DNA from: Saprolegnia diclina VS20 | Taxonomy: Eukaryota | Length of the DNA: 64,000 bases | Assembly (NCBI RefSeq): GCF_000281045.1 | Contig: NW_008246075.1 | Location: 777,344-841,343, forward strand | Direction: 5' to 3' | The notes under the pieces: model-generated | The model's database searches: none | Told to the model about the DNA's origin: nothing | What the model saw: only the letters and a program-made list of their open reading frames with translations | Translations under genes and position numbers: made by a program | Part shown: positions 24,053 to 35,346 of the stretch, one piece after another | Layout: each line of letters begins with the position of its first letter | How positions within the stretch are numbered: position 1 is the first letter of the stretch

Positions 24053-25666
24053 ATGAGCCCGAACGCCCACTCGCGCCTTGACCGCATTGGCAGCCAGATC
24101 TCGCCCGCGGCCGCCGTCGACGACGAGACGCTCTTCCAGGCCCGCGTCAAGGCCACGGCTGCCTTCATCGCGCAGGAGCGCTTCAAGCACACGACCCGCC
24201 CGTACGGCGCGCAAGACGTGGTCAAGCTCCAGGGTACGTTTGAGACGGCGTACGCCTCGACGCAGCAGGCGGTGAAGCTCTATTCGATGCTCCGCCAGCT
24301 CCAGGCCGAGGGCAAGTGCAGCCACACCTTTGGTGCGCTCGACACGATTCAGGTCGTCCAGATGGCCAAGCACTTGACGTCGGTGTACGTGAGCGGCTGG
24401 CAGTCGTCGTCGACGGCGTCGACCTCGAACGAGCCCGGCCCGGATGTCGCTGACTACCCGATGGACACGGTGCCCAACAAGGTCGACCAGCTCTTCCGCG
24501 CCCAGTGCTTCCACGACCGCAAGCAGTTTGAAGCCCGCCGCCGCATGACGCCGGCCCAGCGCGCTGCGTCGCCGGCTGTGGACTACCTCCGCCCCATCAT
24601 TGCCGACGCCGACACGGGCCACGGCGGCCTCACGGCGTGCATGAAGCTCGTCAAGATGTTTATCGAGCGCGGTGCGGCTGGCATCCACTTGGAAGACCAG
24701 AAGCCGGGCACCAAGAAGTGCGGCCACATGGGCGGCAAGGTCTTGGTCACGACGGCAGAGCACATTACGCGTCTCATTGCCGCGCGCCTCCAGGCCGACG
24801 TCATGCAGGTGCCCCTCGTCATTGTCGCCCGCACGGACGCTGAAGCCGCGACGCTCCTCGACAACAACTCGGACCCGCGCGACCACGCGTTTGTCCTTGG
24901 CGCCACCAACCTCAACGTCGAGTCGTACGCCGAGGCGGCCCGCAACGGCCGCGCCGAGTCGTGGGACAAGCTCGCTGGCTGCACGACGTACCCCGCTGCG
25001 CTCCGCAAGCAGCTCAACGCGGCCGCGGTCGCGGCCTTTGACAAGGGCCTTGACAACGGCTCGATCGTCGGTCTCGAGGGCATGAAGAAGTTTGCTTCGC
25101 AGCACGGCGTGAAGGTCGCCTTTTGCTGGGAGAAAGCCCGCACGGTCGAGGGCTACTACCGCGTGCAGGGCGGCGTCGAGTTTTGCGTCTCGCGCGCCCG
25201 CGCCTACGCGCCGTACTGCGACCTAATTTGGATGGAGACGACGGTGCCGGGCCTCCCGCTCGCGCGCACGTTTGCGAACGGTGTGCACTCGCAGCACCCG
25301 CACCAGATGCTCGCGTACAACTTGTCGCCGTCGTTCAACTGGGACGCGGCCGGCATGTCGGACGCGCAGATCCGTACGTTTATCGACGACCTCGGCGCGA
25401 TGGGCTACACGTGGCAGTTCATCACGCTCGCCGGTTTCCACAGCGACTCGCTCGGCATTACGCGCTTTGCCCGCGACTATGGCACGCGCAAGATGCTCGC
25501 GTACGTCGAGGGCGTCCAACGCGCCGAGCGCCAAGAAGGCGTCGAGACGCTCAAGCACCAGGGCTGGTCGGGCACGGAGCTCATTGACGCGATGCAGAAC
25601 ACGGTCACGGGCGGCCTCAGCTCGACCAACACCATGTCGAGCGGCGTCACCGAATCGCAGTTTTAG
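24053..25666 (+). CDS. ICL1: Isocitrate lyase (intronless)
   Basis: Signature [12 protein letters not shown], plus [26 protein letters not shown] and [11 protein letters not shown]. Confidence 0.98.
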   Translation: MSPNAHSRLDRIGSQISPAAAVDDETLFQARVKATAAFIAQERFKHTTRPYGAQDVVKLQGTFETAYASTQQAVKLYSMLRQLQAEGKCSHTFGALDTIQVVQMAKHLTSVYVSGWQSSSTASTSNEPGPDVADYPMDTVPNKVDQLFRAQCFHDRKQFEARRRMTPAQRAASPAVDYLRPIIADADTGHGGLTACMKLVKMFIERGAAGIHLEDQKPGTKKCGHMGGKVLVTTAEHITRLIAARLQADVMQVPLVIVARTDAEAATLLDNNSDPRDHAFVLGATNLNVESYAEAARNGRAESWDKLAGCTTYPAALRKQLNAAAVAAFDKGLDNGSIVGLEGMKKFASQHGVKVAFCWEKARTVEGYYRVQGGVEFCVSRARAYAPYCDLIWMETTVPGLPLARTFANGVHSQHPHQMLAYNLSPSFNWDAAGMSDAQIRTFIDDLGAMGYTWQFITLAGFHSDSLGITRFARDYGTRKMLAYVEGVQRAERQEGVETLKHQGWSGTELIDAMQNTVTGGLSSTNTMSSGVTESQF

Positions 25667-26015
25667 ACTTTTGCATCTTTTTACAGCTTAAAAACCCTAC
25701 ACCTATAACCAATTTTCCACATGTACCTCGAGAACCACACGGGAATAACGCGTTCGTGCATGGGCCGCTTCGGAAGGCTCGATCAGTCCGCCTAGCACCT
25801 GGGCAGCGTCATCCCTTCCAGCGCCAGTGACTCCGGCCACACACTCAGAGCACTGGGATCAAGCGCAGCCGACCGGTTCTGCGAAGACATCGGCTGTGGT
25901 AGCGTGTCCTCCTGTTAGCTTCTGTTAGCTCGCCTCCAAGAACACGTGGCGACTCGGTGCCAACAGCAGAGCCATGCAGAGTCGTGCTTGAAGATTGGGC
26001 TGCAAAGAAATGGCA

Positions 26016-26849
26016 CTACGTGGATCGAAGGAGCGCCGATATGGGTAGCTGCTGCCATACAATTGAGGCTCTCGGCTGGTCCACTGGCACTTCGAGTGCG
26101 ATCGTTGCAATGTGCGTCGCGTCAAGCGCCGTCGTAGAAAATTGCCACGTCCGCGACGCCACGTCGTCCACGAACAGCGTCGTCGCATCCACGTTGGTGC
26201 AGTCAAACTGCGCGCGCAAGAGGTCAAAGCCGACGCCGACGCCGAGCGCCTTGACGTACGCCTCTTTGAGACTCCACAGATGAAAGAAGCAACGGAGCGG
26301 GTCAACCGACGCGTGGATCTGCGCCCACTCGCGCGGCCCAAAGAACGTGGTGAACGTGGCCAAGAAGCTCTCCGTCGTGACGTGCGATGGCTTGTCTGTG
26401 ACGCACACCACGTCGACGCCGATGCGCACGTTCTCAGCTGACGCGATCGCAACCAGACTGCCTTGGTGCGAGACGTTGTAGTTCCACGTGGGGCTCGGAC
26501 AGGCCGGCCAAAACGGTTTGCCCTAGCCCAAGCAGCTACGATAAGACCTCATAGGCTGTGTTGACACCTTACATGCGGCGTGCGTTCGAGGTGGATGGCG
26601 TCGAACGGCGTCTTGAACGCAGTGTGCACGACATGGCGTTGGAGCAGTCGGCTCACGAGTGCGAATTTCTGGTCCTTCGCAAAGCGAAAACGCTCGACCT
26701 GCATCGTCGCGTCAGCTGCACGCTGGCAACATTGCCGTAGGTAGTACCTTCTCTCTCTCGCCCGGCGGGAGGTAGGCCAAGAGGGTGCTCCAGACCTCCG
26801 GCGTCGGAGCCCATGTCCCGGCGTCCATGTACCATGCCGTCACCATCAT
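26016..26849 (-). CDS. Sfp-type 4'-phosphopantetheinyl transferase (AASDHPPT-like), multi-exon
   Basis: GKPFWP, NYNVSHQG, IGVDVV and FFHLWSLKEAYVKALGVG. N-terminal exon MMVTAWYMDAGTWAPTPEVWSTLLAYLP. Confidence 0.9.
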
Positions 26850-27526
26850 TTTCATCAATTACCAGCGACTTTCAACCAATCAAGCTATACCAATTTGAAC
26901 GTCGAGTGCGCATTGGTTGAAAAGATGGCCAAAATGGCAAGGCAAGCCCAAGCTGGCATGGGCATCGTGGAACTACGACCTCTCGGGGCCGTAAGCAGCG
27001 CGCAGAAGCCCGTGGACGCGGCTCTTTGATGAGAACTACCTTGTGTACAGCGCTTTGTTTCGGTGTGCTGACTAGGACCGTTGATGGAAGTGTGTCACAC
27101 TATACTCGGGCGAGTACATCGGGATGGCACTGCTGATGGCGGTGCCATGCGTCCGGCAAATCCGCAAAGATAATGGCTCACGCAGGTTCCTACCTGTAGC
27201 AAGGCCAAACGTGGTTTTGCTGCTACTGGGACTAGTTGGGCTCAGGATGCAGACCGTTGAACCTGCGGGACGATTGCAAGGCAAACTCCTTGCACCACCG
27301 TCGGTCGTCACGCACGCTGTATGCTGGAGAAAGCCTCGGGCAGATGCATTGCTGGTCGGCCACTTGGTGCATGTCAGCGACTCGTCGTCGTCGCCACGCT
27401 CGACGCCGGATCCCAAAGCAGGATTAAGCGCGAGAGAGCGCTGCGTGGTCACTGATTGGCTGCATTTCAAAGCCACCGTATCCGGACACGTATCCGGGAG
27501 GCGTTCATTTTGAATTCCAGGTCGGT

Positions 27527-30500
27527 ATGGAGAAGAGCGTCCGCGTCGCCGTCCGCGTCCGCCCGCTCTCGACCAAGGAGAAGGCGACCGCGCGGCCGAG
27601 CGTCGTGGCCGTCGCGCCCAAGGAGCACCAGGTGACCGTGCGCAAGAAGACGTATACCTTCGACCGCGTCTTTGGCCAATATGCGTCGCAGAAGGACGTC
27701 TTCAAGGGCGTCGTGCAGAGCGTGGTCGACGAAGCGCTCGCGGGCTTCAACTGCACGGTGTTCGCCTACGGCCAGACGGGCACGGGTAAGACGCACACGA
27801 TCCAGGGCAAGCTGAGCCCACTTGACGAGAACGCCGGCATCATTCCACGCAGCGTCAACTACATCTTCGACAAGCTCCAGGCTACGAAGAGCGAGTACTC
27901 GGTGCGCGTCTCGTTCCTCCAGCTCTACAACGAAGAGCTCAAGGACTTGCTGGGCGAGAACAAGAAGGACAAGCCGCTGCGCCTCATGGAAGACGCCAAG
28001 CGCGGCGGCGTGTACTGCCAAAACCTCGAAGAAGTCACGACGCTCACAGCGTCGCATGTGTTTGAGCTCCTCGAGATTGGCTCCAAGAACCGCATCATGG
28101 CCGAGACGCTGCTCAACGACCAGTCAAGTCGCTCGCACTGCATCTTTACCATCCGCATCCACAGCAAAGAGTCCAACATCCCCGGCGAAGAACTCATTCG
28201 AAGCGGGACACTCAACCTCGTCGACTTGGCCGGCTCCGAGTGCATTGGCCGCTCGGGCGCGCGCAACGTTCGTGCGCGCGAGGCGGGCAACATCAACCAA
28301 AGTCTCCTCACGCTCGGCCGCGTCATCACGGCCCTTGTCGACAAGCACCCGCACGTGCCCTACCGCGACTCGAAGCTGACACGGCTCTTGCAAGAGTCGC
28401 TGGGCGGCCGCGCCATGACGACGATCATTGCGACCCTTGGCCCCGGTACGCCCTCTCTCGACGTCTTGTCCCATGTAGCGTGCTGTGTCTAGCGGGCGAC
28501 TGCATTGATGAGACCATGAGCACGCTCGACTACGCGCATCGCGCCAAGAGCATCAAAAACAAACCGGAAGCCAACCAGCGCATGACCAAGCACGTCTTGA
28601 TCAAGGAGTATGGCGTCGAGATCGACGCGCTCCGTAGCCAGCTCATGGCCGCGCGGGCCAAGGACGGTATCTTCTTACCGCCCGCCCAGTACGCCGAGAT
28701 GCAAGACCGCCTCGCGTGGTTCTCCTCCAAGCTCGCCGAGCTCGAAGACGAACTCGACATCAAGACGACGCTCGTGGCCGAAGTCGAAGAAGCGCTCGAG
28801 TCGTCCAAAGCCGAAGTGACCGAGTTGGACGGCAAGCTCTCGGCCACCCAGGTACCTACCTCCTTCGTAATTGCAAGTCTGATACAAATTACTGCGTAGA
28901 CGGAGCTCAAAGCTACGGCCGAGACGCTCGTGGCGACCGAAGTGCAGCTGCGAACGAGCGAAGCGCAACTCGAACGCACGCAAACCGCGCTGCAAGTCTC
29001 GGAAGGCAACGTCACCGAGCTCCAGCGGCAAGCTGCGATCGCGACAACCCTGTACAAGGACCGGCTTCGAGACATTGCTGCGCTGCAGGACGCTGCGGGT
29101 ACCTCGTGCATGCACTGACAGTACGTGCTGACGTATGGTCGTAGGCCGAAAAGAGGCGCTGCTGCAAGCCAACTATGCGACGACGCAGGCGTACACAGCG
29201 CACGCGACGTCCCAGTGCCAAGCGCTCACGACCGCCGTCGACGCGTTAAAGAAGGAGCAAACCGACCAGATGACGTCGCTCACGAGCCACATGCACCGGG
29301 TTGCAACGTCGTACGAAGCCGCGCTCGGTGACGTCGCCAACCAATTTGCATCGGTGCAGAAGGACCTCGCGGCGCTTGTCACGGGGATGCTCGCCAAGGT
29401 TGAAGGGGGCCATGAGCGCGTGCACGCCGACCAGATGGAACAGAAGGCACTGAGTGAGACGCAGGCAGCTGCCAATGCCGCCGCGATCGACAAGCTGTCG
29501 CCGCTCACCGAGAGCCTTACGTCGCGCCTCGAAGCGCTCACTCGCGTCAGCGTCTCCTCGGTACGACAACAATGCTCAGTGCAGACATTTCTCAAAAGTC
29601 GATGATCTGTTAGGTGGCCGCCGTGGTCGACAGCGTCCAGCGCGAGTGTGACGCGATGCGCGTCGGCATGGAAGGCTACACGGCGCGTCTTGAGAGCATG
29701 CTCGACGCGACGCAGAGTCGCCTCACGACCACGCTTCAAGACGAAGTCCAAACGCGCGCGCGCGACACGCAGAGCGCGGTGGCATCGCTGACGACTACGA
29801 AGGAGACGATGCGCCACCAGGTCGAGGCGCTTCAAGCCTCGCTCAAGGCACAGCTCGACACGTGTCTCTCGTCCATGCTGCAGTCGCTCTCGGGCACGTC
29901 GTCGTCGCTGGAAGAACAGGCCTCGGCCTCGGACGAACGTACTGCTGTCAATCTGCTTCTACCTTTGACCTTTCGATGCGCTAGGGGCTCAAAAGCTACT
30001 GGCGCAGGTCGCTAGTGACGTGGCGGCGGCGGCCACCGACGCCGCCGACCAAGCAGGCAAACTGGGCACGCAGCTCGAGACGACGACCGAGCACGTCACG
30101 GCCTTTGCAACGGTATATCGTTCTGACGAGCGGCATTTGCAAGCTGCAGATTCTCTTTGTGTAGACGCACGCGTCGCATGTAGAGCATGTGCAGAGTGCG
30201 GTGGCCGCGCATGCAGACGCGACGAACGAGCTGCAAGCCTCGCTGCAGAATCAAGTGACCGCGCACGTCTCGGCCTTGCACCAGCAGCTCGCGTCCCAAG
30301 CCGCGGTGCACGCGGACGCGTTCGAGGCGACAACCGAGTGGATGGCGACGCAGTTCCAGCGCATCGAGACCGAGCAAGATGCGTACGTGGCAAGCCACAA
30401 GACGTCGTCGTCGGTTGTGCAAGACGCGTGCCAAACGTGGCGGACGACGGTACCGTTCTAGTATCCGTGTATCGGAAATCTTAGCTTTGGACCGGGTGCG

Positions 30501-30806
30501 TAGGTAGAAACGCTCTCGACTAAAGCGGTGGTCCAAGCCACCAACCTGACTGCGGACGTCGTGCGGCAAGACGAAGCTGCGGGCGCGCTGCTGCAAGGGC
30601 TCAAGACCGATACCATGTCGTCGGGCGCCACGCCCCGGAAGCGGCCGCACGACGCATCCTTTCCTACGTTCACCGTCCATGACGGACATGGCGTCGACGC
30701 CATGGCCCTCGGCTCCCCAAAGCGGAAGCTGGACCTCGTCGACGTTGGCGCAAGCCGCCTCCAGCCCCCGAAAAAATACCTCAAGCAGACCAGCGCGTCG
30801 CAGTAA
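27527..30806 (+). CDS. Kinesin-5 (BimC/Eg5-like) mitotic motor, multi-exon
   Basis: N-terminal motor VRVAVRVRP, FAYGQTGTGKT, SSRSH, LVDLAGSE, RAREAGNINQSLLTLGRVITAL and HVPYRDSKLTRLLQESLGG. Neck IKNKPEANQ, long coiled coil, and a BimC-box-like SGATPRKR. Confidence 0.93.
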
Positions 30807-33800
30807 GAATAAGAATCGGCACTATCCGCCTCGTTAAAAAGGATGCAAGTTTGGACGATTGCAAAGCTTAGCGGGCAACCGTAGTAGTTGCTGGGCTCAG
30901 CCCTTTCGATGCTTTTGGGACTCTTGCCATGATACCCCAGCGAGAAATGTTATTCAACGTAAGTATAATTTTTCTCCACAAGAAAAAATGGGGGGGACAG
31001 CGCCCACTTCTCTTGCAACTGCATAGTCGCACGCTCTTCCCTGGTGTTTTGGCCAGCTACCATATTCGTTCAGGTGCTTCAGTCTCGTCCCATTATCGAT
31101 CGGACCAGGTGGCGACGTTAATTGCTGTGAGTTATCCACAATATCTGCGTCGAAATTTGCGTACAGAAGAGTAACTTGGTCGCCACTTCGAACCCTGGTA
31201 CGTGCATAATTTTTAGACGAGCATTTTTGGTCGCGACGGAGCCGCCTTCAGTACAGTACAGTGTTGTCTTGCCAAGAAGGATTTTAGAAACCATTTTGAA
31301 CACAATACGGTTTCTATTTTTGTTTAGAACTGGAGGTGAAAACTGAGTTCAACCTGAACGGCTGATGTGGAAAGTCTATTTTCGCGCCGAAAGACGTGAC
31401 TAGACTATGCTTGCGTCGTCCATAGTGCATGTCAGTCCAGAGGAGTGCTGCTGGCACACAAACGTTGTTTATGGTTTCGAGCCTCTCGTCTAAGGTGCAA
31501 ATGTACAAAATTCGAATTCAGCAACTCGAGAAGAATTTGACGCGGCGCCAAATTTGAACTCACAGCTGTCGGTTCACGTATCTTTTTGCTCGAGTACTAG
31601 CATGCATTGAGCGAGGTGCCGTACGCAAACGCCGGGTTTTCTCGAGTCACCTGGACTGGCACTGGAGCTATAAGTGTTGTTGTTGCTATTACGATACGGT
31701 GTAGTACTTCCTAATGCACTCGTGAAGTGTGGCCGGTGCGAAGCGAGGAGCGTTCGTGATTCGGGGTTCGAGGCTGTGCGAGGGACAAGGTAGCGCGCAC
31801 CAAGGGTCGTCTCGGTGAGCGCTGAGCGACTCGTCAAGCGATGGCACCACAGCGCGACGAGCCAGGTACTGAGCATGTCAAACTACAAGTAGGTACTGCA
31901 TACGTAGATGAACGACGCACATGTCCCAATGGCTTCAAGCCTGCCACGTATTCCGAAGGTTGGACTCATTTCAAAGTCAAGATCGTCGTCTCGGACGCCG
32001 CCAAGTAGAAACTGGAGACTGGCAGCCTCGATGCAACAGACGATCATGATGCGTTGTGATACAGGCGGTGCGATGTCTCTTCACCTCCGCCCTTGCTTTA
32101 CCTTGTGCTGCGTTACTGTCCTTCTCTGGTTTCCATGGCTGACAGACTACTGCATGCTGCTCTCCGCACCGAGCGTCCAAGCACGTCTTCTTGGCTCACT
32201 AAAAAAACTCGTCTGCGTGCCATGAGCGCAGATCGCAACGTCACCGAACGCCAAGCATCGCTACATTGCATGTCAGCACGTTCGCTGTCGGACACTGAAC
32301 CGTCATCGAGGCCTTGAGAGGGATACCTCGCCCAACGCAAGAGAGTACGACTCAACTTTTACTCTTTGCTCGTCAGCAGATACACTCAAGCATGAATTAT
32401 CCGCTCAGAGATCCACTTCTAATGGTCACCTCGCTGCTATGAATGAATGAATGGCGTCGAGCCGTCTCCGCTATTGGCGGGGAAATTTGGCTCTTCAAGA
32501 TCGCGCGTATCTTGAAAGGTTGCCACAGAGCTCGATCTTTATCCGGATGCGGCTCGGATCCGGATAAAGGCCCTAGAGCCTTTGACAACTTTGTCCAGCG
32601 GATTACAACACACGTTCATTCACAGCGAGAACCGCGAGGTTTCCCTCGTAAACTCTCTTGTCAATGTACTTGTAGTAGCTCGCACCCAGAAGGGTTTCTG
32701 ATTCCTCACACAAGACTTGACGTTGGGGCAAGAACAGCATCGGTGCCCACCATTTCAGAGGAGGGAGGCGGGTTTGCTTGACGTCCAATAGCTCACCTTT
32801 GGGCAGGGCTTACGCCAACACGCTCGTTGCCTGGACCTCCAGCTGACTGTTGGCTCTTCTCTGCGAGGGGAGGACGACAACTATTCCATTCGACGCGGTC
32901 CCACAACTGTAGGAATTTTATCGTCGCCACCACACGCACGCCATACACCAGCACAAACCTTCCTGCCCACCCAACGACTCTCGAGAGCTTATCGTTGTTG
33001 GCCGTTGTCGGAACAACACCTTCTCAACAGCCTCACCGCACGTCCAGAGCGGAATGTGACTGAAGTTTTCATTCCCAAGCGCTATCAGAGCGCTATCGGA
33101 ACTATCAGAACGAGGTTACTCACCAGATCCCGTTGCGGTTTGATTTTTTTCACGGGGCTTGGTCCGGCGACAATGGCACTTGCAGCGTCTTACGGAATTC
33201 GTGGCTTGTACTATGGGTGAATATGCCGCCAATCGTGTGCCTAGGGCCAGCGCGCGTGGGTTGAAAGCCGCCTTCGAGTCCAAAGAAGTCAAGCACGCCG
33301 CTTCAGAACCCACTCCAACAACCTCCGCGCACGCCAGCAAGTGGTTGGTCCGTATTCACTCCTCTCCGTCTCGGCGGACCTCGTCGGCGTAAATTCTATC
33401 GAAGCCACGGGCTTCGAATAATCCTCTGCACGTGATCTCGGGAGGGTGATCTCTCTGCGTACGCTTCGATAAAGGGCGATGGTCACACCGCAGGCACCTG
33501 ACGGTGGTCGGCTTGTGGTCAGGCCGACGACCATTCCACCGCCGTCTCCAGTACTGAAATGATAGCTCATGCTGGCGCCAGCGGCAGCGTTGTACTTCAG
33601 GTTTGGATTGATCCATCGAGCGGTGGCTGGGATCGGGACAAAAATAATAACGTTGCAGCAAACAAAGCCACGAACGGTGCAGTCGACGTGGAATTGACCG
33701 GCTTTTGGGTCCCAACTGAATGGGATTCGAATCTGGATCTGGCGCGGGACCCAACGCATTGCGCCAGGAGGTCCTGCTGCCGACGACGATGCTTCGAGAG

Positions 33801-34065
33801 CCTTGAGCCATACCTTTCACACCCAAACGCAAGCAGGACATGCGGTGCTGTGGTCGTGTCGAAGGTTGCGTGTCTGTGGGACGAGAGCCACGTGCTGTCG
33901 CAAGATCGCACCCAATTAAATACAAAACCTTATTTATTTTTGTCCTTTTGGCCCCGATGGTTTGTCCCTGCGACATCCACCGCTGACGAACTGGGCCAGC
34001 TGGTACCGCCTGTATATGGCTTGGGTTCCAAAGCTTGATGAGCCCACTTTGAATTCGTCTTGATC

Positions 34066-35346
34066 ATGGCACCGTCGTTCCGCAGCAACAAGCGCCTCGG
34101 CCAAGAGGAGACGGCGCTGCTGCTCAAGAGCTCGCGCAAGTGCTTGGCGAACCTGCTCGAGCTCTCGACGCGCGAAGGCTCGCGCTACACGTGGGACCTC
34201 GAGTCGGACGAGGCGAGCGTCTCCGTGTACCGCGTCCGCCGCTCCAAGAAGCTTGCGTCGAAGTGGTCCAACATGTTTACGAAAGCGGCGCCGGCGCCGG
34301 CCGAGCCCATCATGTACTGCGCCGTGACGCAAGTGAGCGGGTCGTTGGAGGAGGTCGTGGACCTCTTCCATGGCAACATGAACGACTCGTCCGAGATGAA
34401 GAGTTTGCACAAGCAGCTGCACCCGCATCTGCTCGACATGCAGGTGCTCAAGACGCTCGAGGCGCCGACCGAGTACAACCCAATGCACTCGGTGCAGCTC
34501 CTCTGGCAGGCGTACAGCATGGCGCCGTCCGCGCTCTTCCGCCCGCGCGACTTTTGCCTTCTCCAGGCCCAAGACGAGTTTGTGAGCAGCACGGGTCGCC
34601 GTGGCTGGGCGCGCAGCCTCCAGTCGTTCGCGTCGCCCGCGTACCCGTCGCTCGAAGTGCCCCACGGCGGCTACGTCCGCGGCTCAATCTACGGCTCGGG
34701 CCACCTCTTTACCGAGTCGGCGACGCCGGGCTGCATCGATGTTGTCGCCGTCATGTGCATGGACCCGAAGAGCAACATGCCGAGCTGGACGCAGTGCATG
34801 AACATCAAGCGCCACGTCAACAACCTCCATGTGCTTCACGACATCCTCCACGACCGCCGCATGAACGCGGAGGGTTTCTTGGGCGACTTGGACCTTGTCC
34901 CGAAAGCGTCGGTCGCCTCCTGCTACGTGTGCCGGAAGGCGTTCCACCTCCTCTCGCGCAAGATCCACTGCCGCAAGTGCGGCGTCGTCGTCTGCTCGAA
35001 ATGCACCCAAGAGCGCAACGCGACGCTCGACAAGCAAGGCCACACCAAGCTCGATGTGTGCATCGTGTGCTGTGACACGGCCAAGTACCGTCCGAGCACG
35101 AGCGGCGCCAGCGACCGCGGCAGCGTTCAGAGCGGCATCAAGGCGCGGTTCAGCAATTTGCGGTCGCCGATGCAGTCGCCGGTCGGGTCGTCGCCGTCCA
35201 GCACAACCATGTCGAGTCTCTCATCGCAGCGCAGCGACAACCGGTTCGCCAAGACGCCGACGCGCCCGTCGTCGGCGCGGTCGCAGCAAGCGACGTACTT
35301 TGGCATGAACCCCAAGCACGGCACCCGCGTCGTGCTCGTGCACTAA
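34066..35346 (+). CDS. START-like + FYVE zinc-finger protein (oomycete-expanded family), intronless
   Basis: START-like core (SGSLEEV, RPRDFCLL, GWARSLQS, YVRGSIYGSG) followed by CYVC...RKIHCRKCGVVVCSKC...CIVC. Confidence 0.82.
   Translation: MAPSFRSNKRLGQEETALLLKSSRKCLANLLELSTREGSRYTWDLESDEASVSVYRVRRSKKLASKWSNMFTKAAPAPAEPIMYCAVTQVSGSLEEVVDLFHGNMNDSSEMKSLHKQLHPHLLDMQVLKTLEAPTEYNPMHSVQLLWQAYSMAPSALFRPRDFCLLQAQDEFVSSTGRRGWARSLQSFASPAYPSLEVPHGGYVRGSIYGSGHLFTESATPGCIDVVAVMCMDPKSNMPSWTQCMNIKRHVNNLHVLHDILHDRRMNAEGFLGDLDLVPKASVASCYVCRKAFHLLSRKIHCRKCGVVVCSKCTQERNATLDKQGHTKLDVCIVCCDTAKYRPSTSGASDRGSVQSGIKARFSNLRSPMQSPVGSSPSSTTMSSLSSQRSDNRFAKTPTRPSSARSQQATYFGMNPKHGTRVVLVH

Noticed and set aside
23972..25105. 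Long antisense or shadow ORFs over ICL, the F-box gene, UBA1 (42810-44144) and the PPR gene (59125-60660)
   Set aside because: They mirror strongly biased sense codons and have no independent motifs.
26925..27420. Possible small spliced gene between the PPTase and kinesin-5 genes
   Set aside because: Splice-like signals are present, but I could not build a consistent open exon chain or recognise a protein.
31170..31260. GGTTCGA T-loop-like words (also at about 31765 and 36463) as tRNAs
   Set aside because: No cloverleaf stems or D-arm around them.
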